This document shows, piece after piece, positions 51,494 through 64,000 of a DNA stretch of 64,000 nt; position 1 is the stretch's first letter, and each line of letters opens with the position of its first letter. The notes below the pieces were generated by a model that was not told the origin of the DNA, did no database searches, and saw nothing but the letters and a program-made list of their open reading frames with translations. A program made the translations under genes and the position numbers. The DNA is from Chrysomallon squamiferum (lineage: Eukaryota > Animalia > Mollusca), in contig CM022668.1 of assembly GCA_012295275.1 (NCBI GenBank), positions 2,232,001-2,296,000 on the forward strand. The letters are read 5' to 3'.

Positions 51494-52270
51494 TTATTAT
51501 TATTATTATTTATGTCTGAAGGCTATTAAATACACAAATTGTAGTTTAATACTTTTTTTTTACTTTTTTTCAAATACAAGCAACATAATCCAGTAATAAC
51601 AAAGAAATTATGTTAATCACTTCAGTCTAATCATATACGAATCAGCAGTGAAAATAATCTACATTTACACAGCATTAGATCTCTCATCAGATTTTCCACT
51701 TGAAATAATTTCAATTAAATGTCTCAACCGATTCCGTCTACAGCCCACACACAAATTTCTTGTTTACCTCTTCCAGTAAACAATGCAAGCATCATACAGA
51801 GATAATTTATGTGAAGCTGTTTCATACAAGCTGTATGTCACAGGCAAGTAAACATTTTATTTCACTGGTCAAGTGTGTTTTTAGTATACGTCTCAGTTTT
51901 GTGGGTATTTTGTAAAAGAGATGTTTTCAAAGTTTTGTAATAAATGTTCCAGTTTTCAACTTTTTATGTTAAGTGGGTAAAAACCAATGCTTTGTAGACA
52001 AAGTAACCATAACAACCTGAATGGTAATAACAGCAAGAATTGTTGTAGCAGTAGCAGTACTACTAGTAGTAGTAGTACTAGTAGTAGTAGAAGTAGAAGA
52101 AGCTGTAGTAGAATGGTCTTAATGATAGTTATAGTAGTTGTAGTAGCAGTAGTAGTAGCAGTAGAACTAATGTTCTTCATGATAGTTGTGGTAGTAGAAG
52201 TAGTAGAACTAATGGTCTTCATGATAGTTGCTGTAGTAGTAGAAGTAGTAGAACTACCAGTAGGAATGAC
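50375..52270. repeat. Microsatellite zone: (CATA/CA)n 50375-50690, (CAC)(TAC)(TAT)n 51395-51510, AGT-rich 52050-52270
   Basis: Direct reading. Confidence 0.85.
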
Positions 52271-52649
52271 GTAGTGACAGTCACAGAGGTATTAGTAACA
52301 GTGGTAATACTGATACATTAATTTATCAAAATGTGGTTTTTTCTTATTTCAAGCTCATGCCTATATTAAGACAAAATCTTTAAATATTAATCTGAAATAT
52401 CACTCTGCAGGGCCAAGGTCAGAGGTCATTTTTAGGATATGACCTCTAGAATTTTAAGCCACATTCCTAGTACAACATGCCTGCCATATTTAAACATCAA
52501 CAAACTTGAAAATAATTTTGAAAGAAAACAATAAAAGTCAAAATAAATCTCAGAGTGAGGCAGCGATTACACTGTGGATTATTTTCTGTCTACAGTTAGA
52601 AGATAAATCTAAAGTCTACATTCCAAACCACAAACATATCTCATTAATT

Positions 52650-52930
52650 AGAACATTGTTTTACAAAGTTTCCTTTTCAGAACATTAATTAAACAATGTT
52701 TTACAAAGTATCCATTTCAAAATATTATTAAAAACAATGTTTTACAAATTTTTCATTTCAAACTACTAATAAAAACGGTACTTTATCAAATTTTCATTTC
52801 AAATGATTAATTAGAACAATGTTTTACAAAGTCTGCGTTTGAAAACATTAAAAAGAAAAACAATGTTTTATAAAGTTTTCATTTCAAAACGTTAATAATA
52901 ACAATGTTTAAACAAAGTTTTCATTTCAAC
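52650..52930. repeat. Degenerate ~41 bp repeat aacaatgttttacaaagttttcatttcaaaa
   Basis: ~7 copies. Confidence 0.75.
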
Positions 52931-53251
52931 AAAAATGTTAAAAAAAAATCTCATTTTGCAATTCTGTGTCACTCCCTTTCTCATCTCCCTTTTTCCTTCC
53001 CTCCTCTATCTCTTTCTCTCATATAAACAAACATGTAGATAGCTAGATAGCTAGATAGCTAGATAGATAGACAGACAGACTGATAGAGAAATAGATAAAT
53101 AGACAGACAGACCAAGAAATAGTGAGTGAGATATAAACATATGAATTTTATTTATGAAATTTTATCAGAAAATCAGCTGCCAGACATATTCCTCTGGAGA
53201 TAATTTAAACTCATATCACCAGTTCTTTTTTCAGTGTATTTTGTAAATAAA

Positions 53252-53301
<50 letters not shown>

Positions 53302-53548
53302 GCATTTATAAAACAAATAAAAGTTTAAAATATTTCTCCAGTAATGTATATTTTCACACTGCCAAAGTTAAAACTTTGATTTAAACTTCAAATACAAATT
53401 ATTATTATTATACAACACACAGTTTATATAAATTTTCAGATGGTCAAATATATAAAGTTAAAAAAAACCTTAAAAAAAAAAAACAGCTATATTTCATATA
53501 TACCAGTGTTTCTACACAAGAGGGGGAAAACATCAATGATATATACTG

Positions 53549-53562
53549 GTAACCATAGCAAC
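53549..53562. promoter_or_regulatory. RFX X-box motif GTAACCATAGCAAC
   Basis: Matches the canonical 14-bp X-box GTNRCC-AT-RGYAAC. Confidence 0.45.
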
Positions 53563-56382
53563 GGGTACTGTTGATAAGATTTGTACATACTGATACATTA
53601 ACTTTATCTATGTGTGTTGAACATTGATAACCTAAAAAGAGAAGAAAAAAGCCTCTGATTTAACACCATAGCTTTGATATCATGTTTTTCAAGATCAGTT
53701 CCCTGTGGTGAAATATCTGAATATTCAGTTCGGTAATTTTCTACTTCAATCAGTCTGCATTCTTTACTGTATTTCACATTCTAACCAGAGCTCCACACTG
53801 ATGTGAAAGGCTATGTGTGTGTGTCTGATAGAAAACGTGTATGTTATCTGTATCAGCATGTTAACACAAAAATCACAACATGACAGGTAATAAAATTTAC
53901 TATAAAATTATAATGTCATTAAATATTCATGTAGTCATATAAAAATGTAAATTCAGATCAAAGGAAATAAAAAATTGTAACACTAAACAATATTATTTTA
54001 TATATATTCATGAATCTATATCTTTTTTTTTTTTTTTTTTTTTTATTTCATTTAAAATATCATTTTGTTGTTGAAATAAATCTGTTTGAAAACTTCATAA
54101 AACACATCAACAGATAAATGTCACATATGAGTAAAATGACCCCTTTCTATAATGGGCAATTTGTTATAGACAACTGCTAAAAAATCGGGCAACTGTTTTT
54201 CATTAAAAAAAAAGTTTAATAAAAATAAATGCTAACTAGATAAATGCTAATCTGTGATAAATATTACCTGTGTTACAGGTAAATATATTCCACATATAAC
54301 AGATTATATACATGTCAGCTAATACCTGTATGAGATGTATGCTGTGTATTACACATGACAGCACAATTAATTTATCAAATGTTAATATCCCAATTTATTA
54401 AATTCTCATTTCAGTAATATTATCCTGAAGCAGACACAGACAGATAATGAATTCCTGCAATTTGAAAACAGGACATCCCATGATGTAATGTGGCATAGTG
54501 CCCCATTTGTAATACGGTTTATTTGCCAGCAGGATAGGGTTTGTGTACTTGCGTGTTTGTGTATATTTTTTATTATTTATAAATGCAAGTATATTTTGTT
54601 ATTTTGTGAGGACGTTTTTGTTATTTACTTATCTATGTGAGTCACTTGTGTGTGTATGTCTGTACATAGGTGTATTTGAATATATTAAAAATGCAAGTGT
54701 ATTGGTATTAACGTGTATTGACATATATATTCATTATTTCATTACATATGTGAATAGTCTCTTATTCACGTGTATGTATGTATGCATTTTATTCACTGTT
54801 TTATTATTAATTTGTAATAATTTGTAAAGACTTCTTCACATTTATTTACAGTACATTTTTCATGTTTGTTTAATTAAAATTATTATTTATTATCTCACAT
54901 TTTATTTCCAAACGAGTGTTGTTTAAATGATTGTTTGTTTTCTGGGTCAGATGATTTCAATAACGTCATGGACTGGATGTACACTTGAGGGACAGGACAT
55001 CCATCAAGTGATGTGTGTGTTTGTCAAGTCCGCAGACATGATGATTGAAATATATCAAAGTGTTACACAGTGTTACATCACACAATGAGTTACATGTCAC
55101 ATGTGTGAAACAGTGTAACAGTTTTCTGTTCAGCAAAGTTTCACACTGTTTTATTTTAACTTGGATAAAAAAAAATTGTAAATGTGTAAAAATAAGTAAG
55201 TGTTTAAAATAAATGTAATAGCTGAAATGATATTTAAAACAGTTTGAAATTGTGAGTTAAATATATAATGTTATCATAAACACAGTGAAAGATAGAGAAA
55301 GAATGTCAGAAAATGAAAAATTTGAAAAATGAAGTGTAGGTATGTAAAAACACACACACACACAAACACATGCACTTTAATTCATGTTGTTGTTTTAAAT
55401 GATAATAATGATATGAATAATATGATTAACTGAAATAAATAATAATGACAATAATGAATAATAACAGTATTAATAATGCATTAACTAAACTTAACATATA
55501 AACTAAAATAAAAATGTAAATAATAATACAAATGTGAACAATTTAAAAAATAGGAACAGACAAAATATGGTAACAAATTATGTTGTTCTAAACATTAATT
55601 CAATTTCTGTCTTCCTAAAAGTTCCTTTTTTAAAACATAGTTGTTATTTCTTTCTCTTTCTGTTTTGTTTATCTAGTTATTGCATAATTAAAAAGATTTA
55701 TAAGAGCCAGTTCTTAGACCAAACATAGATTCACACATACATACATACAAAAATACTCATATAAACATACATACACACATGCATACATACACACATACAT
55801 ACATACCTACACATACATACACACATTACATATATACATAGATAAGACAGAATATTCATTCTTAATATACATATACAAACACAAACACATACAAAAATAT
55901 ACAGACAAAATACATCAAGCTATAATTATGAATATATCAGTATGTGTCCAGCATTTCATACTTTAACCACACACACTCAAAAGACAGTAAATTTACTTCA
56001 GAAAGAAAAGAAACAGTATTTTTTAAATAAGTGAAATCATTCAAATAAACTTAACTGGGTAAATTTTTTTTTTAAATATATTTTTTAACATAATTATAAT
56101 TGTTTTTATTCCTCTTGTTCTCTGTTTAATTTCATGATAATCCTTGAGAAATATAATTGTTTGTTTAAAAAGTGAGGATATATTTATATAAACATAATAA
56201 AATTGGTTTTATTTTACAAATTATAACTAGAATCATTTAATGATTACCCCAGATAAGTATTTTACTATAGAAATTGTATTACAATATTTTGTTTATTTTT
56301 CATAAAGTCAGAATTTGAAAGTAAAATGAAGAAAAAGTCACAAACACCCACTCAGCAACGGCAACAACATTAATAAAAAATA

Positions 56383-56428
<46 letters not shown>

Positions 56429-57050
56429 GTAATAATAAATATTAATAAGAAAAAATATATAGGTGCACGACGATTTATTTATTTATTTATTTAACTTTTA
56501 TTTTTATTTACCATTTAATTTCGATTTCTATCAATTTTTAACGGTATAATGTAACATAACTTCGCAATGCAGGGATTTTTATTTATTTTGTTTTTTTTTT
56601 TGCACACGAGTAACAGAAACCGTTAACACCGGTATCCCTGACCAAATTCCTGAAAACTTCGCAGAGTACGAAACATTCCCAACAATCTACGACTCCCCTC
56701 AAACACCTCCCTATGTCCCCACCCGCTTCAAACTTCTGTATTTTATCATTTAAATCCAGCTAACCATGACATCCACGAACGAAATTTTTAAGAAAAAAAA
56801 AAAAGAACCCACGTCAAACGTGATATATGCGTTGAGATCGCGGTATATGCCTCTATTAAATGTAAGATAACTTGGGATATGTCACGCTTCTGCGTACTGG
56901 GTCAACTTTGAGAGACTTTAAAAATCTAAGGATTTAAGTAGAAAATTACCACATCTGTTACTTTCACTCGCATTTAAACACTACTGAGTAAAACCCCGGC
57001 TAAATACGCTGTCTTAAACTGAGGAAAACGTGAGAAAGTGTATAACGTAC

Positions 57051-57125
57051 CTTCCTATGTTCCACTGTCCGCTGCCATTGCTGTGACGTCATGCAGTCTA
57101 ATTTTGACTGAGTTGATTGGTCGCA
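57051..57125 (-). promoter_or_regulatory. Probable promoter and non-coding first exon of the MAP3K gene
   Basis: Donor GAAG|gtacgt at 57051/57050; YY1-like CAATGGCAGC (57071-57080); perfect CRE TGACGTCA (57084-57091); CCAAT box (57116-57120); lies at the edge of the CpG-retaining block. Confidence 0.55.
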
Positions 57126-57485
57126 AATACTCATACATGTTTTACACATTTCAACGTTTGTCATAACGGAAAGTAATTAATGAAAGGTTGTGTATGTGAG
57201 CTGGCTATTGTCTAAATGTAATATTTTAATCGGAGTAATGAAATAAAAAATAAATAAATAAACATGTGAGTAATTGCTTAAATATATGAGTAATCGCTGA
57301 GAAGACTGGTGTTAGTAACAGTATTGTTATAATCACAAATAAATATTAAAATAAAATAATATTGTAGAAGATAATAATAATAATAACAACAACAACAATT
57401 AGGAATAAATTATGTAAATAAATAGATAAAGAGAGAGTGATATATCACAGCCTTGCATCTTTTCTTGATAATGTTAAACAAATAT

Positions 57486-57557
<72 letters not shown>

Positions 57558-58013
57558 AACATTAAAAACCATATTTAATATATATTTCTTTACTTTCCAG
57601 AAATTATTTTTCTTGATCTAGAGCTAAGTGAGGTATACAATTTAATTAAAATATACTGAATGAATGAATGAATGAATGAATGAATGAATAAACTACTCGG
57701 TCAGACTGTTAATTTAAAAATAACATATTTACATTGTTTTTATCACACAAAAGAAAAACTCGCTTTATAATTTCTGATGATGATGGATGGATATCATGGT
57801 GACGATGATGATGACGGAAAACACAACGTCAGTGATGACGATGACGACAACAGCGATATTAAAAACGATGACGGTGACGATGATACCTTAACAGCTGTCA
57901 CACTTTATACTCTTACAGACCAGCCCAGCTTTTCAAACGGGAGTAAGTCTTGTAACAAAAACTACATTTTTATATTACTGTACAAACTATTAATTATTGT
58001 ATATTACTCATTT

Positions 58014-58087
<74 letters not shown>

Positions 58088-58318
58088 GTTATTATTATTA
58101 CTATTATTTTTATTATTCACTTTTTACTTGTTTTTATCTTATTTATTTATTTTTTAATCTCTTTTTTAAAACTGACATATCCTTTTAAATTATCTGATAT
58201 CTGTGATAGATAATAACATTAAAAATAATCGATTATCTTTGATGGAAGCGGGGAAAATACTATTATACGTACTCCTTTAAGAACCAAAGTATTAGAATTT
58301 ATTATTATTATGATTATC

Positions 58319-58355
<37 letters not shown>

Positions 58356-58565
58356 TATTATTATTTAACTTGTGAAGAAAAATGAATTAACTAACTAACT
58401 AATTAATTTAATTCACAAATTTAATTCATTAATTAATTAATAATTATAATAATAACAACAACAATAATAATTGTTATCAATTGCAGTAGTAGCAATAGTG
58501 GTTGTGGTAGTAGTAGTAATAATAGTAGGAGTAGTATTAGAAGTAATAGCAGTTCTAGTAGAAGA

Positions 58566-58602
<37 letters not shown>

Positions 58603-59255
58603 GTACGTGAGAAAGAGAACTGGAAAAGAAAGAAAGAAAAACAAGAAGACAAATACTAAGCACGGGGAAAACAAGGGACATTACTCTGACATTAATGTTG
58701 AAGATTGTTTCACAAGGGTTTATTACTCACTTTTTATTTTTTATTTTATTTAATGTTAAATAATAAGATCAGGAGCAGTAGTAGTTGCTGTAGTAATGTA
58801 ATAATAATAAGATAATGACGATGACGATGATAATGTCAATGACGACGATGATGACAACCTTACTACTACTACTTCTACTAATAATAATAATTGTAATATT
58901 ATCAACAATATAAATAAATTAATATTCTTGTTTTAATTCTTTACAAAAACACAGATAATAATAATAGTTATAAAATATTTACTATGCAATATATTTAAAT
59001 TCTTACTCTCTCTTTCTCCTATCATTATTTTCCTCTCACTGTTTTTGTAAAGTTGTCTAAAATCAGTATTGCTCTGACAAAGCGAAACACGTGGCGCCAT
59101 TAACAGTAAATATTTAGTAGCGAAAACGTATACAGACAGACAGACAGACAACGTGACACACTGTCTGCTTCAGATGTACAAAATAAAACAAACAGAATAA
59201 AGCAAGTTTGCTGAATTGTGAAATAAAATGTACGTACCTTTAACAGATTAATTTA

Positions 59256-59361
<106 letters not shown>

Positions 59362-59614
59362 AAAAACAACTAGAATCGAAAGTAGTATACACAGATGAAC
59401 TTGTTAAAATGGTTTGACGATTGCAGTTCCAGGCTCAGGTTCATTATTGTACACTAAAAACAGTTGTAAACCTAAATCTGTTTTACTATTACTGTTTTTT
59501 AATACCTGAAGCAAAAAGAGAAGAAGAAAAAACATATTTAAACAATACGGATAACGTTCTTAAAATTAATTATTCAACTAAAAAAATGTTTCGTTGAATT
59601 TGTTAGCTTCACGA

Positions 59615-60473
59615 ATGTATGTGTGTGTGTGTATGTATGTTTGTGTGCGAGTATTCGTGTGTGTGCGTGGATGGGTGGTGGCGGCTTTTTGTATGTGTTT
59701 GTATGTGTTTGTTTGTATGTGTTTGTATGTGTTTGTATGTGTTTGTTTATATGTGTTTGTATGTGTTTGCAAGTGTTTGTTTGTATGTGTTTGTGTTTGT
59801 TTGTATATGTTTGTATGTGTTTGTATGTATTTGTATGTGTTTGTTTGTATGTGTTTGTTTGTATGTGTTTGTATGTGTTTGTTTGTATGTGTTTGTATGT
59901 GTTTGTTTATATGTGTTTGTTTGTATGTGTTTGTTTTTGTATGTGTTTGTTTGTATGTGTTTGTTTGTATGTGTTTGTTTGTGTGTTTGTATGTGTGTTT
60001 GTTTTGTATGTGTTTGTGTGTTTGTTTGTTTGTATGTGTTTGTATGTGTTTGTTTGTATGTGTTTGTATGTGTTTGTTTGTATGTGTTTGTATGTGTTTG
60101 TTTGTATGTGTTTGTATGTGTTTGTTTCTATATGTTTGTATGTGTTTGTTTGTATCTGTTTGTATGTGTTTGTTTGTATGTGTTTGTGTTTGTATGTGTT
60201 TGTTTGTATGTGTTTGTATGTGTTTGTGTTTGTATGTGTTTGTTTGTATGTGTTTGTTTGTATGTGTTTGTATGTGTTTGTTTGTATGTGTTTGTATGTG
60301 TTTGTATGTGTTTGTTTGTATGTATGTGTTTGTTTGTTTGTATGTATGTGTTTGTATGTGTTTGTTTGTATGTGTTTGTTTGTATGTGTTTGTATGTGTT
60401 TGTTTGTATGTATGTGTTTGTGTTTGTATGTGTTTGTATGTGTTTGTTTGTATGTGTTTGTATGTGTTTGTTT
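59615..60473. repeat. (tgtttgtatg/tgtt)n low-complexity array
   Basis: Direct reading; source of the 289-370 aa spurious ORFs. Confidence 0.95.
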
Positions 60474-62109
60474 GCTGGTTGTGACTGAACACAAAGAGAT
60501 GTGTTACGCCTGGTATGTTAGAGGTTAGCAGCGCGCGCGACTGATCGCTGAATCGAGTATCTTCAGGTGTTAACGCCAAGTGTTTTCCCGTTCCAGACTT
60601 ACGACTGATTTGTGCTGAACTGTCTTTATAAATTTGTAATTTGTAACAAGTCCTGCGAAGCTGACATGTAAGAAGATATCTAATGTGCATTTTTTTTTCT
60701 TTTTGTATTCAGTTCCCTTAATATAAACTGTTCAAAGGCGCCCCCCCACCCGTTCACGTGGGCCACAGGGCACGTGTCATACTTGTTTTACCTCTGATAC
60801 GTCACTGCGTGTTAGTGAATGTCTGTACGTGCCGCAGTCTGGTATCAGTTGTGTTCATTTTACAGAGAATATTTTTTATTTACCTATGAAATGCAACACA
60901 GCTAATAATTCTGAAGTGAAGTGTTATGTAAATACTTCACTGTAAGCTGAAACGAATATTAAAGCTGTCGTGTACGTAGTACTTCCTCCAGGAAGAACAA
61001 TTATCCTCGGTTTATTTATTTATGTATTTCTTTGTTTGCAGTTATTTATCTCTCTAATTTCTCTAATATTATTTTCATTATTATTATTATTATAATTTTA
61101 TATTTAAAAAAAAAAAAATTATTTAACTATATCTGGAAACTGACACAGAACAAACTTCATTCTCTGAGTTATTCTCACGTGTAATAGCTTACATCTATCT
61201 CTGTTTATACTGATAGATAGATGGATATTCCTTATGCGTGATATTTGTGGGATATCACATACCACGACTTTTCTGTTGCGATCGCTTCAAGGTAATTCTG
61301 AAAGAAGGATAACTCTGTTTGACAGTTATAAACATAAAAGATAATTCGAGTTGTCTTTCCCGGACAGATGACATCACTAATTTTAGAAATGATTTATTAT
61401 TTTTCTCAAGGTTCGACTATTTAGCAGTAGTAATTAAATTTCGGTAATAAATTTATAAATATTACTGATTTGAAATGTTTAATGCAATATTATAATTTCG
61501 AAATAATCTAATGGTTATTGATTATTTGAATTAATTTAATATCGGATTTAAAATAATAATAATAATAATAATATATAAATAAAAAAAGTACATTTGTGAT
61601 TAACTTCAGTTACAGAATAATGAATAAACATCTATAAAATTGTAATAGTAATAAAAATAATCATATAACAATCTGTCAAGGGTATGCTGTATTTGTTTTC
61701 GTTTACTCATAGCCAGTAATAACAGACCATCAATGTTCGAAGCAGACAAAGAAATGGTAAGCAAATATTCTTAGTTCTAGTCGGCGATTACTCACGGAAA
61801 CAAAAATACTTATTGATCTTGCTGATCGAGGTTATAAACTAGCCGATATACTCCGACACATACCGATAAATGCCGAAGATTTCGTAAACAAAATCTAAAC
61901 TGGGTCACTGTGACCCCGCGCAGTAATTGCAAGTCGGGTTATTACGTAATAATTTAAACGTTATGTTTTCTATTGCATAACTTATAATATTTACTTAGGA
62001 GGGACCAGCTGCATTCAGCCGATAACGGAGGAGATAAGATGTCATTATAATGCCAGCTCTCAGCATAGCTTGATCTGTTGCAGATACATTTAATTCTGGA
62101 CCTAGATTT

Positions 62110-62247
62110 TATACTTTCCGCGGAAGGAAAACGTGAGAAATCTGCAAAACTACCGAGATGGCAACCATGTGCGGGAACGACTGTAGATGTAACGCGTGCT
62201 AGATTTCTTTACTTGCTCTTAGTCGTCTACTAATGTGGCAGGTAAGT
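62110..62247 (+). promoter_or_regulatory. Probable promoter and first exon of an unidentified divergent + strand gene
   Basis: Consensus donor GCAG|gtaagt (62241/62242), YY1-like GAGATGGCAA (62155-62164), palindrome TTCCGCGGAA, local CpG richness followed by AT-rich intron-like sequence. Confidence 0.55.
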
Positions 62248-63049
62248 CTAGTGAAATTTACTCGATGTCTGTTTGTCGGTTGTTGTTGTCTGTCACGAGT
62301 TTCGTACCGAGCGCAAGTCTGTGAGGACGAACGTTGTCCAAGGAGTTAGATGTCTGCTGTATTTTGTGAATCTGTCAGTGGTTTGAGTAATTGCCCCGAG
62401 AAATACGTCGTTTTATTTTCACTTTTAGCGATATTGGTTAACTGCCAGTTAAAAGAAAGAAGAAGGGAAAAAGTTTGGTTTCTTTTTGAAAAATGTATTC
62501 TGACAGTGAATACTACCAACATCCGTAAAATTTGTTAAAATACAGGAAGATGTGATTGCGCTATGTGACTCATTTTCTGTTCTTTTTTATTCCCGAAATT
62601 ATGTAATATAATTACTTTTTTTTTTTTTTGTCAGCTTAAAATAAAAATAAAAACAAAATGGAAACGAAAAAATAAATCTGTAAATAGAACCATATAATTA
62701 ATAAATTTAATGTTTTGTTATTAGGTAGACAAAAAAGTTAATAAAAAAATTTGAAGCTATTTAGAGCAAAATAAATCACAAGACAAATATTATTCTAAAC
62801 TTAAAGTAATGTAATATTTAATTATATTATCTACAAAACAAATTAACATAAGTTTGGGCCATAAACTGTATTTACATTTTTAACAAATGTAATTTTATTT
62901 ATATTTATTATCTTATAAACTTTTAAAATTAATTTCTTCAAAATGAATTTTGTAACAATATATTATAATAAATAACAGTAGTATAAAATAAATAAAAATA
63001 AATGAGATTAAGTTACCAAAATGTCTTAGGATGAAATAACACATTCATT

Positions 63050-63084
<35 letters not shown>

Positions 63085-64000
63085 TTAAATTGTTTTAATT
63101 AGTTTTATTTTGTTTTTATTATTTTTAATTTAATCATAAATATTAATCATACTGTACTATTAATTTAATTTTTAAATTTCAAGAATTAACAGGTTTTGAT
63201 ATTTTAATTTAAATACATGTACAAATATTAATTATTTTAAAATTTCTATTAATATATTTTTAATGTTTCAATTAATACATTTTAAATATTTCTGTTAATA
63301 TATTTTTAATTTTTAATATATTTCTTAATATATTTTATTATTATTAAAAAAATGTAAGCATTAATATTTCTAATATTTGTATTAATAAAATTTATTGTTT
63401 ATTATTATTTAGATCTGAGTTTGGTTTTCGTGTTTTCTTCATAAATGCTACAGAAATGTAATGTAGATACATTAATAAATAGAATTTGTATCTATTTTTA
63501 AATGTAATCTGTTTTAATATAGTGACAGCACTAGAACAAGATAAATGTAATGAAGTGTGTAAAATATAAAATTATAAATGATAAGTAAAATAATATTAAA
63601 ACAAGATTTAGAAAAAACTGTTAAATGCTGCTTAAAAATTTGTTATTAAAAATAAGTTAAAACGAAAATTTAAAATAAAATAATTAAGAAATTAAATTAT
63701 AATTTATATATTAATATAAATTTAAGAAATAATAATAATAATAATCAAAAAATAATAATAACATTTTTAAAAAATGCAACACTTAATATTAAAAACAATA
63801 AAACAAGAAGGAATTCTTAATAATGTTTTTTATTTTTTGTTTTTGAATTGCATAAACAAACTAAAAAATGTTATCTCACAGCAGAGATTAAATGTTTCAT
63901 TTTGTTAAAATTTCTAATCTACAAATTTACATTTTTAAAAAGTCAATATGGATAAGTTACTTAGATGGTGCTTAGATTCTGACTTCAAAAAGATTTCTAG

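Noticed and set aside
57777-57900. Asp-rich ORF start (MMMDGYHGDDDD)
   Set aside because: Degenerate (GAT/GAC)n microsatellite running into (TTA)n; no splice or homology support.
59578-60690. Long ORFs of 195-370 aa on both strands
   Set aside because: Translations of the (tgtttgtatg)n array; no coding complexity.

Overview
AT-rich, microsatellite- and minisatellite-dense eukaryotic genomic DNA. It is most likely from an invertebrate animal (inference from one MEKK2/3-type gene and a CpG-poor gene body). Most of the window is a single minus-strand gene encoding a MEKK2/MEKK3 (MAP3K2/3) family kinase. By hand I assembled 14 GT-AG exons between 2939 and 19873 whose phases join into one open frame: N-terminal helix, PB1 domain, Ser/Pro-rich linker, STE11-type kinase. 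Two phase-compatible candidate start exons lie upstream (38930-39022, MDPQPGK; 25708-25738, MADGSSEQGQ), and a probable non-coding first exon sits near 57051-57085. With the 38951 ATG the CDS is 1782 nt (593 aa). A CpG-retaining block (~56.45-62.6 kb) holds this promoter and a probable first exon of a divergent + strand gene (donor after 62241). Nearly all long ORFs in the track are repeat artefacts. The most unusual signal is that many introns carry their own private tandem repeat starting at a splice junction, and two arrays copy the real splice site plus exon bases, producing series of stop-containing decoy donors or acceptors. There is also a candidate in-frame alternative N-terminus that would drop the CCM2-binding helix. 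No prokaryotic features, CRISPR arrays, RNA genes or coding transposons were found. All gene-structure calls come from sequence alone and need RNA-seq.
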